Shown piece by piece: positions 1 through 26,080 of a DNA stretch of 64,000 nt (position 1 is its first letter; every line of letters starts with the position of its first letter). The position numbers and the translations under genes were made by a program. The notes beneath the pieces were generated by a model. The model had not been told where the DNA came from, searched no databases, and was given only the letters and a program-made list of their open reading frames with translations. The stretch lies in the NCBI RefSeq assembly GCF_009914755.1, contig NC_060933.1; one strand, given 5' to 3'. This DNA comes from the human T2T-CHM13v2.0 reference genome, Homo sapiens.

Positions 1-3000
1 GTCACTCACATAGGATTCCAGATCAGTGCTACGAGGGTCTGAATGTTTTTCCCTAACATAGGATTCCTGAATACTGCAACGAGGGTCTGAATGTTTGTCT
101 GTAACATAGGATCATGGAACACTACCCCTGTTGTTTGAATGTTTGTCCCTCACATTGGATTCCAGAACACTGCAACTAGGGTCTGAATGTTTGTCCCTCA
201 CATAGTATTCCAAAACACTCCTGCCGTGCTCTGAGTGTTTATCCCTCACATCGGATCCCAGAACAATCCTGCTGTGGTCTGAAAGTTTTTCCCTCACATA
301 GGGTTCCAGAACACTGCTGCTGGGTTCTGAGTGTTTTTCCATCACATATGATTTCATAACACTACTGGGAGGGTCTGAATGTTTATCCCTCACATTGCAT
401 TCCAGAACACTGCTGTTGGGGTCTAAGTGTTTGTCCATCATGTAGGATTCCAGAACACTGCAACGAGGTTCTGAATGTTTGTTCCTTACAGGGGATGCCA
501 GAACACTCCTGTTGTGTTGTGAATGTTTATCCCTCACACAGGATTCCAGAACACTACTGTGAGGGTCTGAATTTTTGTCCCTCACCCAGAATTTCAGAAC
601 ACTGCTATGAGGGTCTGAATGATTTTCCCTCACATAGCATTCCAGAACACTGCTGCTGAGGTCTGAATGTTTGTCCCTCACATACGATTACAGAACACTG
701 CCGCTGGGTTCTGAGTGTTTCTCCCTCACATAGAATTCCAGAACACTGCAACGAGGGTCTCAACGTTGGTCCCTCTCATATGGTTCCAGAACACTGCTGG
801 TAGGTTCTCAGTGTTTGTCCCAAACCTAGGATTCCAGAACACAGCTGCTGGGTTCTAAATGTTTGTCTGTCACATAGGATTCTAGAACGCTGTTATGTGG
901 TTCTAAATCTTTGTTCATCACAGGGGATTCCAGAAGAATCCTGCTGTGATCTGAATGTTTGTCCCTCACACAGGATTCCAGAACACTCCTACTATGGTCT
1001 GAATGTTTGGCCCTAACATAGGATTCCAGAACATGGCTATGACAGTCTGAATCTTTGTCCCTCACATAGGATTCCGGAACAATCCTGCTGTGGTCTGAAT
1101 GTATGTCCTTCACATTGCATTCGAGAACACTGCTGCTGCATTATGGGTGTTTGTCCCTCACATTGGATTCCAGAACACTGCTACTAGCGTCTGAATATTT
1201 GTCCCTCACATAGGATTCCAGAACACTGCTGCTGTGGTCTAAATGTTTGTCCATCACATGGGATTCCAGAAAACTGCTATGAGGGTATGCATGTTTTTTC
1301 CTCACAAGGGATTCGAGAACAATCTTGCTGTGTTCTGAATCTTTGTCCCTCACAAAGGATTCCAGAACACTGCTACGAAGGTCTGAATATTTGCCCTCAC
1401 ACAGAATTCTAGATCACTGCTACATGGGTTTGAATGATTTTCCCTCACATAGGATTCCAGAACACTGCTTCTGGCATCTGAATGTTTGTCCCTCAATAGT
1501 GTTACTGAACACTGCTGCTGGGGTCTACATGTATGTCCGTCACATAGGGTTCTAGAGCATGGCTGCTGTGTTCTGAGTGTTTCTCCCTCACATAGAATTT
1601 CAGAACACTGGGATGAAGGCCGGAATGTTTGTCCGAACATAGGATTCATGAACACCCTTGCTGTTGTTTGAATGTTGTCCCTTTCATAGGATTCCAGAAA
1701 ACTGCTGCTGGGGTCTGAATGTTTGTCCCTCACATATCATTCCACAATACTGTTGCGATAGTCTTAATGTTCCTCCCTCACATAGGATTCCAGAGCACTG
1801 CTATGAAGTTCTGAATGTTTTTCTCTCACATACGATTCTGGAACACTGCTACAATTATCTGAATATTTTTCCCTCACATAGGATTCCAGAACACTGCTAT
1901 GATTCTCTGAATGTTTCTCCGTCACATAGGATTCCAGAACACTGTTACGAGAGTCTGAATGTTTGTCCGTCACAAAGGATTCCAGAACACTGCTATGATA
2001 ATCTGAATGTTTGTCCCTCACGTAGGATTCCAGAGCACTTTTGCTGTGGTCTGACTGTTTGTCCCTCAATTATGTTTCCAGAACACCACTACGAGGGCCT
2101 GAATGTTTGTCCCTCACATAGGATTCCAGACACTGCTGCTGGGAGCTAAATGTTTGTCTGTCACACAGGATTCCAGAACACTGCTATGAGAGTCTAAATG
2201 TTTGTTCCTCACAGGTGATTCCAGAACAACCCTGCTGTGGTCTGAATATTTATTAATCACACAGGATTCCACAATTCTACTATGAGCGTCTGAATGTTTG
2301 TCCCTCACACAGAATTCCGGAACACTGCTATGAGGGTCTGAATGATTGTCCCTCACATAGGATTCCAGAACACTGCTGCTGAGGTCTGTAGGTTTTTCCC
2401 TCACATAGCATTCCTGAGCACTGCTGCTGGGGTCTAGATGTATGTCCGTCACATAAGATTACAGAACACTGCTGCTGGGTTATGAGTATTTCTCCCTTAC
2501 ATAGAATTCCAGAACACTGTGACAAGGGTCTGAATGTTTGTCTGTAACATAGGATTCCAGAACACTCCCACCGCTGTTTGAATGTTTGTCCCTCACATAG
2601 TATTGCAGAACACTGTTGCTGGGTTCTGAATGTTTGTTCCTGACAGAGGATTCCAAAACTCTGGTATGATTGTCTCAACGTTTTTCCCTCACTTAGGATT
2701 CCTGAACACTGCTACGAGGGTTGGAATGTTTGTCTGTCACAGGATTCCAGAACACTGCTACGATTGTCTGAATGTTTCTCCCTCACATAGGATTCCTAAA
2801 CACTCCTGCTGTGTTCTGAGTGTTTCTCCCTCACATTGGATTCCAGAACAGTCCTGCTGATGTCAGAATGTTTGTCCCTCACATAGGATTCCAGAACACT
2901 GCTGCTGGTTTCTGAGTGATTGTCCCTCACACAGGATTCCTGAACACTGCTTCGGGGGTCTGAATGTTTGTCCCTCACATATCATTCCAGAATAATGTTG

Positions 3001-6000
3001 ATAGTCTGAATTTTTATCCCTCACATAGGATTCCAGAACACTGGTACTACTGTCTCAGTGTTTGTTCCTAACATAGGATTCCAGAACACTCCTGCTGGTG
3101 TCCGAAATTTTGTCCCTCACATAGGATTCCCGAGCACTGCTATGAGGGTCTGAATATTTGTCCCTCACATAGGATTCCAGAACCCTGCAACGATTGTCTG
3201 AATCTTTGCCCCTCACATAGGACACCAGAACACTGCTACAAGGATCTGAAAGTTTGTCCCTCACATAGGACTCCAAAACACTCCTGTTGTGTTCTGAGGG
3301 CTTGTGCCTCACATCAGATTCCAGAACAGTCCTGCTGTGGTCTGAATGCTTCTCCCACATATAGGTTTGCAAAACACTGCTGCTGGATTCAGAGTGTTTG
3401 TTTCTCACATAGGATCCCAGAACACTGCTACGAGGTCTGAAAGTTTGTCCCTCACATAGGATCCCAGAACATGCTGGTGGGGTCTACATGTATGTCCGTC
3501 CCATAGGATTCCAGAACACTGCTGCTAGGTTCTGAGTTTTTCTCCCTCATATAGAATTCCAGAACACTGCGACAAGGTTCCGAATGTTTGTCCGTAACAT
3601 AGGATTCCAGAACACTCCCCCTGTTGTTTGAATGTTTGTGCCTCACATAAGATTCCAGGACACTGCTCCTGGGGTCTGAATGTCTGTACCTCACATCGGA
3701 TTCCAGAACACTGCAACGAGGGTCTGAATGTTTGTCCGTCACATAGGATTCCAGAACAATCCTGCTGTGGTCTGTATGTTTGTCCCTCACATAGGATTCC
3801 TGAGCATTGCTATGAGGGTCTGAATGTTTGTCCCCCACATAGGATTCCAAAACACTCCTGCTGTGTTCTGAGTGTTTGTCCCTCACATAGGATTCCAGAA
3901 CAATCCTGCTGTGTTCTGAAGGTTTGTCCCATACATAGGGTTCCAGAGAACTGCTGCAGTGTTATGAGTGATTCTCCCTCACATAGAATTCCAGAACACT
4001 ACGACGAGGGTCTGAATTTTGGTCCATAAAATAGGATTCCATAACACTCTCGATGTTGTTTAAATGTTTGTCCCGCACATAGCATTCCAGAACACTGCTA
4101 CTGGTGTCTGAATGTTTGTCCCACACATAGTATTCCAGAATCTGCTATGATTGTCTGAAGGTTTGTCCCTCACATAGGATTCCAGAACACTGCTAGGTTC
4201 TGAATGTTTGTCCCTCACCTAGGATTTCAGAACACTGCTCCTCGAATATAAATATGTATCCTTCACATAGGATTCCAGAACACAGCTATGAGGGTCTGAA
4301 TGTATGTTTCCCACGTAGGATTCCAAAACACTCCTGCTGTGTTCTGAGTGTTTGTCCCTCACATAGGATTCCAGAACAATCCTGCTGTGTTCTGAAGGTT
4401 TGTCCCATACATAGGGTTCCAGAGAACTGCTGCAGTGTTATGAGTGATTCTCCCTCACATAGAATTCCAGAACAGTATGACGAGGGTCTGAATGTTCAGC
4501 CGTAAAATAGGATTCCGTAACACTCTCGATGTTGTTTAAATGTTTGTCCTGCACATAGCATTCCAGAACACTGCTACCTGTGTCTGAATGTTTGTCCCAT
4601 ACATAGTATTCCAGAATCTGCTATGATTGTCTGAATGTCCCTCACCTAGGATTTCAGAACACTGCTCCTCAGATATAAATATTTATCCATCACATAGGAT
4701 TCCAAAACACTGCTAAGAGATTCTGAATGTTTGTTCTTCACAGTGGATTCCAGAACACTCCTGCTGTGGTCTGAATGTTTGTCCCTCACAAAGGAATCCA
4801 GAACAATGCTACACAGGTCTCAATGTTTGTCCCTAACAAAGAATTCCACAACACTGCTATGAGTGTCTGAAAGATTGGCCCTCTCATACGTTTCCAGAAC
4901 TCTGCTGCTGGTGTCTGAATGTTTGTCCCTCACACAGGATTCCAGAACACTGCTACTGGGTTCTGAATTTTGTCCCTCAAACAGAATTCCAGATCACTGA
5001 TACAAGGGTCTGAATGATTGTCCCTTACATAGGATTCCCTAACACTGTTGCTGGTTTCTGAATGTTTGTCCCTCACGCAGGATTCCAGAACACTGCTGCA
5101 GGGGTTTACATGTATGTCCGTCACATAGGATTCCATGACACTGCTACTGGGTTCTGAGTGTTACTCCCTCATGTAGAAATAAAGAACATGGTGACGAGGG
5201 TCTGAATGTTTGTCCATAAACAGGATTCCAGAACACTGCTACGAGTGTATTAATGTTTGTCCCTCACATAAGATTCCAAAACACTCCTGCTTTGATCTGA
5301 GTGATTGTCCCTCACATACGATTCCAGAACACTACTGCTGGGTTCTGAGTGTTCCTACCTCACATAAATTTGCAGAAGACTGCAACGGGGGTCTGAATGT
5401 TTGTCCGTAACACAGGACCCCAGAACACTCCAGCTGTTGTTAGAATGTTTGTCTCTCACATAGGATTGCAGAACACTTCTTCTTGGGTCTGAATGTTTGT
5501 CCCTCAGATAGGATTCCCAAACCATCCTGCAGTGGTCTGAATGTTTGTCCCTCACACTGGATTTCAGAACTCTGCTACAAGGGTCTAAATGTTGTCCCTC
5601 CCATAGGATTGCAAAACACGAATGCTGTTTTCTGAGTGTTTCTCCCTCACATAGGATTGCAGAACAATCCTTCTGTGGTCTGATTGTTTGTCCCTCACAT
5701 AGGGTTCCAGAACACTGCTGCTAGGTTCTGAGTGTTTGTCCGTCACAGAGCATTCCAGAACACTGCTGCTGGGTACTCATTGTTTCTCCCTCACATAGAA
5801 TTCCAGAACACTGTGACTAGGGTCTGAATGTTTGTGCATAATATAGGATTCCAGAACACTCCTGCCCTTGTTTGAATGATTTTCCTTCACATAGGATTCC
5901 AGAATGCTGCTAGAAGGGTCTGAATGTTTGTTCCACACAGGGGATTCAAGAACACTCCTGACTTGATCTGAATGTTTGTCCCTCACATAGGATTCCAGAA

Positions 6001-6581
6001 CACTGCTATGAGGTTGTGAAAGTTTGTCCCTCATAAGGAATTCCAGAACACTGCTACGATGCTCTGAATGTTTGTCTCTCACATAGGAATCCAAAACACT
6101 CTTGCTGTAGTCTGAGTGTTTGTCCCTCACAAAGGCTTCCAGAACAATTCTGCTGTGGTCTGAGTGTTTGTCCCTCAAATAGGATTCCAGAACACTGCTA
6201 CAAGGGTCTGAATGTTTGTCCCTCACATAGGATTCCAAAACACTCGTACTGTGTTCTTAGTGTTTCTCCCTCACATAGGATTCCAGAACACCGCTGCTGG
6301 AGTCTAAATGTTCGTTCATCACATAGGATTCCAGAACATTGCTATGAGGTTATGAATGTTTGTTCCCCACAGGGGTTTCCAGAACACTCCTTCTTCGGTC
6401 TGAATGTTTGTCCCTCACACAGGATTCCAGAACACTGCTATGAGGGTTTGAATGTTTCTACCGCACATAGAATTCCAGCACTCTGTGATGAGGTTCTGAA
6501 TGTTTGTCCATCGCATAGAATTCCAGAACACTGCTACGATTGTCTGAATGTTTGTCCATCACATAGGATTCCAGAACACTG
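1..6581. repeat. CER (D22Z3-type) 48-bp satellite array, left part
   Basis: Continuous diverged tandem monomer ~TGAATGTTTGTCCCTCACATAGGATTCCAGAACACTGCTACGAGGGTC (48 bp), matching the CER consensus as I recall it; runs off the window start. Confidence 0.93.
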
Positions 6582-6777
6582 GAAGGCAGCCAAGATGGCC
6601 GAACAGGAACAGCTCCGGTCTACAGCTCCCTGCGTGAGCTACGCAGAAGATGGGTGATTTCTGCATTTCCATTTGAGGTACCGGGTTCATCTCACTAGGA
6701 AGTGCCAGACAGTGGGTGCAGGACAGTGGGTGCAGTGCACTGTGCAGGAGCTGAAGCAGGGTGAGGCATTGCCTCAC

Positions 6778-7032
6778 TCAGGAAGTGCAAGGGGTCAGGG
6801 AGTTCCCTTTCCTAGTCAAAGAAAGGGGTGACAGATGGCACCTGGAAAATCGGGTCACCCTCACCCAAACACTGCACTTTTCTGATGGGCTTAAAAACCG
6901 GCGCAACAGGAGATTATATCCCGCACCTGGCTCAGAGGGTCCTATGGCTATGGAGTCTGGCTGATTGCTAGCACAGCAGTCTGAGTTCAAGCTGAAAGAC
7001 AGCAGCGAGGCTGCAGGAGGGGCGTCCACCAC
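6778..7032 (-). pseudogene. Degenerate L1 antisense ORF0 (ATG replaced by GTG)
   Basis: Translation ...APPAASL..SDCCASNQ.DS..IGPSEPGAGY..RRFLS..EK..RVTRFSRC matches ORF0 peptide. Confidence 0.7.
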
Positions 7033-7615
7033 TGCCCAGGCTTGCTTAGGTAAACAAAGCAGCCAGGAAGCTCAAACTGGGTGGAGCCCACCACATCTCA
7101 AAGAGGCCTGCCTGCCTCTCTAGGCTCCACCTCCGGGGGCAGGGCACAGACAAACAAAAAGACAGCAGTAACCTCTGCAGACTTAAATGACCCTGTCTGA
7201 CAGCTTTGAAGAGAGCAGTGGTTCTCCCAACACACAGCTGGAGATCTGAGAATGGGCAGACTGCCTCCTCAAGTGGGTCCCTGACCCCTGACCCTCGAGC
7301 AGCCTAACTGGGAGGCACCCCCCAGCAGGGGCACACTGACACCTCACATGGCCGGGTAACCCTCTGAGACAAAATTTCCAGAGAAATGATCAGACAGCAG
7401 CATTCGCGGTTCATGAAAATCCACTGTTCTGCAGCCAACACTGCTCTTACCCAGGCAAACAGGGTCTGGAGTGGACCTGTAGCAAACTCTAACAGACCTG
7501 CAGCTGAAGGTCCTGTCTGTTAGAAGGAAAACTAACAAACAGAAAGGACCTCCATGCCAAAAACCCATCTGTACATCACCATCATCAAAGACCACAAGTA
7601 GATAAAACCACAAAG

Positions 7616-8696
7616 ATTGGGAAAAAACAGAGCAGAAAAACTGGGAACTCTAAAAAGCAGAGCACCTCTCCTCCACCAAAGGAATGCAGTTCCTCAACAG
7701 AAATGGAACAAAGATGGACAGAGAATGACTTTGACGAGTTGAGAGAAGAAGGCTTCAGATGATCAAACTACTCCGAGCTACAGGAGGAAGTTCAAACCAA
7801 AGGCAAAGAAGCTGAAAACTTTGAAAAAAATTTAGACGAATGTATAACTAGAATAACCAATACAGAGAAGTGCTTAAAGGGGCTGATGGAGCTGAAAGCC
7901 AAGGCTCGAGAACTATGTGAAGAATGCAGAAGCCTCAGGAGCAAATGTGATTAACTGGAAGAAAGGGTATCAGCAATGGAAGATGAAATGAATGAAATGA
8001 AGCGAGAAGGGAAGTTTAGAGAAAAAAGAATAGAAAGAAATGAACAAAGCATCCAAGAAATATGCGACAATGTGAAAAGACCCAATCTACGTCTCATTGG
8101 TGTACCTGAAAAAGATGGGGAGAATGGAACCAAGTTGGAAAACACCCTGCAGGATATTATCCAGGAGAACTTCCCCAATCTAGCAAGGCAGGCCAACATT
8201 CAGATTCAGGAAATACAGAGAACACCACAAAGATACTCCTCGAGAAGAGCAACTCCAAGACATGTAATTGTCAGATTCACCAAAGTTGAAATGAAGGAAA
8301 AAATGTTAAGAGCAGCCAGAGAGAAAGGTCGGGTTACCCTCAAAGGGAAGCCCATCAGACTAACAGCAGATCTCTCGGCAGAAACTCTACAAGCCAGAAG
8401 AGAGTGGGGGCCAATATTCAACATTATTAAAGAAAAGAATTTTCAACCCAGAATTTCATATCCAGCCAAACTAAGCTTCATAAATGAAGGAGAAAGAAAA
8501 GTATTTTCAACCCAGAATTTCATATCCAGCCAAACTAAGCTTCATAAATGAAGGAGAAATAAAATACTTTACAGACAAGCAAATGCTGAGAGATTTTGTC
8601 ACCACCAGGCCTGCCCTAAAAGAGCTCCTGAAGGAAGCACTAAACATGGAAAGGAACAACTGGTACCAGCCACTTCAAAATCATGCTAAATTGTAA
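7616..8696 (+). pseudogene. ORF1: L1 ORF1p pseudogene
   Basis: Start codon mutated to ATT (7616), in-frame TGA/TAA stops, 64-bp tandem duplication (8429-8556) causing frameshift; fragments 7976-8551 and 8484-8696 translate to ORF1p (REKG, ARREWG, YPAKLS). Confidence 0.93.
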
Positions 8697-8759
8697 AGAC
8701 CGTCCAGGCTAGGAAGAAACTGCATCAACTAACGAACAAAATAACCAGCTAACATCATA

Positions 8760-12577
<3,818 letters not shown>

Positions 12578-12796
12578 ACAATGAGAACACATGGACACAG
12601 GAAGGGGAACATCACACTCTGGGGACTGTTGTGGGGTAGGGGGAGGGGGGAGGGATAGCATTAGGAGATATACCTAAGGCTAAATGACGAGTTAGTGGGT
12701 GCAGCGCACCAGCATGGCACATGTATACATATGTAACTAACCTGCACATTGTGCACATGTACCCTAAAACTTGAAGTATAATAATAATTAAAAAAA

Positions 12797-13482
12797 GGTC
12801 AGGAAACAACAGGTGCTGGAGAGGATCTAGGGAAATAGGAACACTTTTACACTGTTGGTGGGACTAGTTCAACCATTCTGGAAGTCAGTGTGGCAACTCC
12901 TCAGGGATCTAGAACTAGAAATATCATTTGACCCAGCCATCCCTTTTCTGGGTATATACCCAAAGAATTATAAATCATGCTGCTATAAAGACACATGCAC
13001 ACATATGTTTATTGCAGCACTATTCACATTAGCAAAGACTTGCAACCAACACAAATGTCCAACAATGATAGACTGGATTAAGAAAATGTGGCACATGTAC
13101 AGCATGGGATACTGTGCAGCCATAAAACATGATGAGTTCATGTCCTTTGTAGGGACATGGATGAAGCTGGAAACCATCATTCTCAGCAAACTATTGCAAG
13201 CACAAAAAACCAAACACCGCATGTTCTCACTCATAGGTGGGAATTGAACAAGGAGAACACATGGACACAGGAAGGGGAACATCACACACCGGGGCCTGTT
13301 TTGGGTTGGGGAAAGGGGGGAGGGATAGCATTAGGAGATATACCTAATGTTAAATGACGAGTTAATAGGTGCAGCACACCAACATGGCACATGTATACAT
13401 ATGTAACAAACCTGCACGTTGTGCACATGTACCCTGAAACTTAAAGTATAATAAAAAAAGGAAAAGCTAAAAAAAAAAAAAA
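12797..13482 (+). mobile_element. Second L1 3' end (L1PA4/L1PA5-like) appended after the first poly(A)
   Basis: Restarts at the L1 position homologous to 12121 (GTCAGGAAACAACAGG); older diagnostics CACACACCGGGGCCTG, AATGTTAAATG, CACCAACATGG, GTAACAAACCTGCACGTTG; own A-tail followed by right TSD AGGATCCAGAACACTG at 13482-13497. Confidence 0.88.
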
Positions 13483-23299
<9,817 letters not shown>

Positions 23300-23362
23300 T
23301 ATGATGTTAGCTGGTGATTTTGCTCGTTAGTTGATGCAGTTTCTTCCTAGTCTCGATGGTCT

Positions 23363-24379
23363 TTATATTTTGGCATGATTTTGCAGTGGCTGGTACCAGT
23401 TGTTTCTTTCCATATTTAGCACTTCCTTCAGGAGCTCTTTTAGGGCAGGCCTGGTGGTGACAAAATCTCTCAGCATTTGCTTGTCTGTATAGTATTTTAT
23501 TTCTCCTTTGCTTATGAAGCTTAGTTTGGCTGGATATGAAATTCTGGGTTGAAAATTCTTTTCTTTAAGAATGTTGAATATTGGCCCCCACTCTCTTCTG
23601 GCTTGTTGGGTTTCTGCCGAGAGATCCGCTGTTAGTCTGATGGGCTTCCCTTTGAGGGTAACCCGACCTTTGTCTCTGGCTGCCCTTAACATTTTTTCCT
23701 TCATTTCAACTTTGGTGAATCTGACAATTACATGTCTTGGAGTTGCTCTTCTCGGGGAGTATCTTTGTGGCGTTCTCTGTATTTCCTGAATCTGAACGTT
23801 GGCCTGCCTTGCTAGATTGGCGAAGTTCTCCTGGTTAATATCCTGCAGCGTGTTTTCCAACTTGGTTCCATTCTCCCCATCACTTTCAGGTACACCAATC
23901 AGACGTAGATTTGGTGTTTTCACATAGTCCCATATTTCTTGGAGGCTTTGCTCATTTCTTTCTATTCTTTTTTCTGTAAACTTCCCTTCTTGCTTCATTT
24001 CATTCATTTCATCTTCCATTGCTGATACGCTTTCTTCCAGTTGATCGCATCGGCTCCTGGGGCTTCTGCATTCTTCACGTAGTTCTCGAGCCTTGGTTTT
24101 CAGCTCCATCAGCTCCTTTAAGCACTTCTCTGTATTGGTGATTCTAGTTATACATTCTTCTAAATTTTTTTCAAAGTTTTCAACTTCTTTGCCTTTGATT
24201 TGAATGTCCTCCCATAGCTCAGAGTAATTTGATCGTGTGAAGCCTTCTTCTCTCAGCTCCTCAAAGTCATTCTCCATCCAGCTTTGTTCCGTTGCTGGTG
24301 AGGAACTGCGTTCCTTTGGAGGAGGAGAGGCGCTCTGTTTTTTAGAGTTTCCAACTTTTCTGTTCTGTTTTCTCCCCAT
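23363..24379 (-). CDS. ORF1: Intact L1 ORF1p, 338 aa (RNA-binding protein/nucleic acid chaperone)
   Basis: Full-length open frame MGRKQNRK...LQNHAKI; ARREWG and YPAKLS intact, REKG changed to RDKG. Confidence 0.9.
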   Translation of the reverse strand: MGRKQNRKVGNSKKQSASPPPKERSSSPATEQSWMENDFEELREEGFTRSNYSELWEDIQIKGKEVENFEKNLEECITRITNTEKCLKELMELKTKARELREECRSPRSRCDQLEESVSAMEDEMNEMKQEGKFTEKRIERNEQSLQEIWDYVKTPNLRLIGVPESDGENGTKLENTLQDINQENFANLARQANVQIQEIQRTPQRYSPRRATPRHVIVRFTKVEMKEKMLRAARDKGRVTLKGKPIRLTADLSAETQQARREWGPIFNILKEKNFQPRISYPAKLSFISKGEIKYYTDKQMLRDFVTTRPALKELLKEVLNMERNNWYQPLQNHAKI

Positions 24380-24833
24380 CTTTGTGGTTTTATCTACTTT
24401 TGGTCTTTGATGATGGTGATGTACAGATGGGTTTTTGGTGTGGATGTCCTTTCTGTTTGTTAGTTTTCCTTCTAACAGACTGGACCCTCAGCTGCAGGTC
24501 TGTTGGAATACCCTGCCGTGTGAGGTATCAGTGTGCCCCTGCTGGGGTTGCCTCCCAGTTAGGTTGCTCGGGGGTCAGGGATCAGGGACCCACTTGAGAA
24601 GGCAGTCTGCCCATTCTCAGATCTCCAGCTGCGTGCTGGGAGAACCACTGCTCTCTTCAAAGCTGTCAGACAGGGACATTTAAGTCTGCAGAGGTTACTG
24701 ATGTCTTTTTGTTTATCTGTGCCCTGCCCCCAGAGGTGGAGCCTACAAAGTCAGGCAGGCCTCCTTGAGCTGTGGTGGGCTCCACCCAATTCGAGCTTCC
24801 TGGCTGCTTTGTTTACCTAATCAAGCCTGGGCA

Positions 24834-25178
24834 ATGGTTGGCACCCCTCCCCCAGCCTCGCTGCCGCCTTGCAGTTTGATCTCAGACTGTTGTGCTAGTA
24901 ATCAGCGAGACTCTGTGGGCATAGGACCCTCCGAGCCAGGTGCAGGATATAATCTCGTGGTGCACCGTGTTTTAAGCCAGTTGGAAAAGCACAGTATTCG
25001 GGTGGGAGTGACCCGATTTTCCAGGTGCCGTCCGTCACCCCTTTCTTTGACTAGGAAAGGGAACTCCCTGACCCCTTGTGCTTCCCGGGTGAGGCAATGC
25101 CTCACCCTGCTTTGGCTTGCGCAAGGTGCATGCTCCCACAGACCTGCGCCCACTGTCTGGCACTCCCTAGTGAGATGA
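24834..25178 (+). CDS. ORF0: L1 antisense ORF0, C-terminally extended (114 aa)
   Basis: ATG at 24834 in frame with track ORF 24765-25178: MVGTPPPASLPPCSLISDCCASNQRDSVG...RVGVTRFSRC. Confidence 0.6.
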   Translation: MVGTPPPASLPPCSLISDCCASNQRDSVGIGPSEPGAGYNLVVHRVLSQLEKHSIRVGVTRFSRCRPSPLSLTRKGNSLTPCASRVRQCLTLLWLAQGACSHRPAPTVWHSLVR

Positions 25179-25865
25179 ACCTGGTACCTCAGATGGAAAT
25201 GCTGAAATCACCTGTCTTCTGCGTCGCTCATGCTGGGAGCTGTAGACAGGAGCTGTTCCTATTCGGCCATCTTGGCTCCTCCAGGATAATCATTTTTTAA
25301 AACATTTTGGAAGTTCTTTTGAAACTGACTTTTTAGATTATGAAAATATCTCAGTGATAGGTTTTGGTTTTCCAAGTTAGACCTTATTTTATTTTAGAAA
25401 CTTTCAAAGTTATACAAAACAAAGCATGTGTCTCTGTGCATTTTGTTTCCTCTCCTCCCTTAATGCTAAGGAGGGGTTTCTTCACTTTTATAGGCCAAAT
25501 GCTCCACAAATGAATGTGTTAACGAATGAACAAATTAATAAATGACATGAATGAAAGCTCAAACTGCATAAAAGTATATTTACTTAAAAATGAGAGGTGA
25601 CGATTGCTAACATTTCATAATCATACTCTGTCCTGACCTCTGCAAGCCACAACTTTGACAATAAAGAGGAAAGAGGATCCAGTCCCTAAATACCGCAGGT
25701 TCACTAAGACCTTCCGACATGCCCGAAGAAGATACACTTGCAGAGGAGAAATGATGATGCAGAGGACTGCTCCGAGATGCAGGAGGAAGTTTAATTACCT
25801 GTGAATTTGACTGGGATGGAAGGGATGAAACGAGGTATGAAAGGAAATAGATATTTTTTTAATTC

Positions 25866-26080
25866 CTGACTAGACAGTAACTGCCGTCCTTCTCTTCTAT
25901 CTGCCCATGTGACTAGGTGATAACTGCCATCCTTCTCTTCTATCTGCTCCTGTGACTAGGCGATAACTGCCATCCTTCTCTTCTATCTGCCCCTGTGACT
26001 AGGTGATAACTACCCTCCTTCTCTTCTATCTGCCCCTGTGACTAGGTGATAATTGCCCTCCTTCTCTTCTATCTGCCCCT
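25866..26080. repeat. 43-bp minisatellite, 5 copies
   Basis: GTGACTAGGTGATAACTGCCATCCTTCTCTTCTATCTGCCCCT; TGACTAG recurs at 25867, 25910, 25953, 25996, 26039. Confidence 0.92.
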
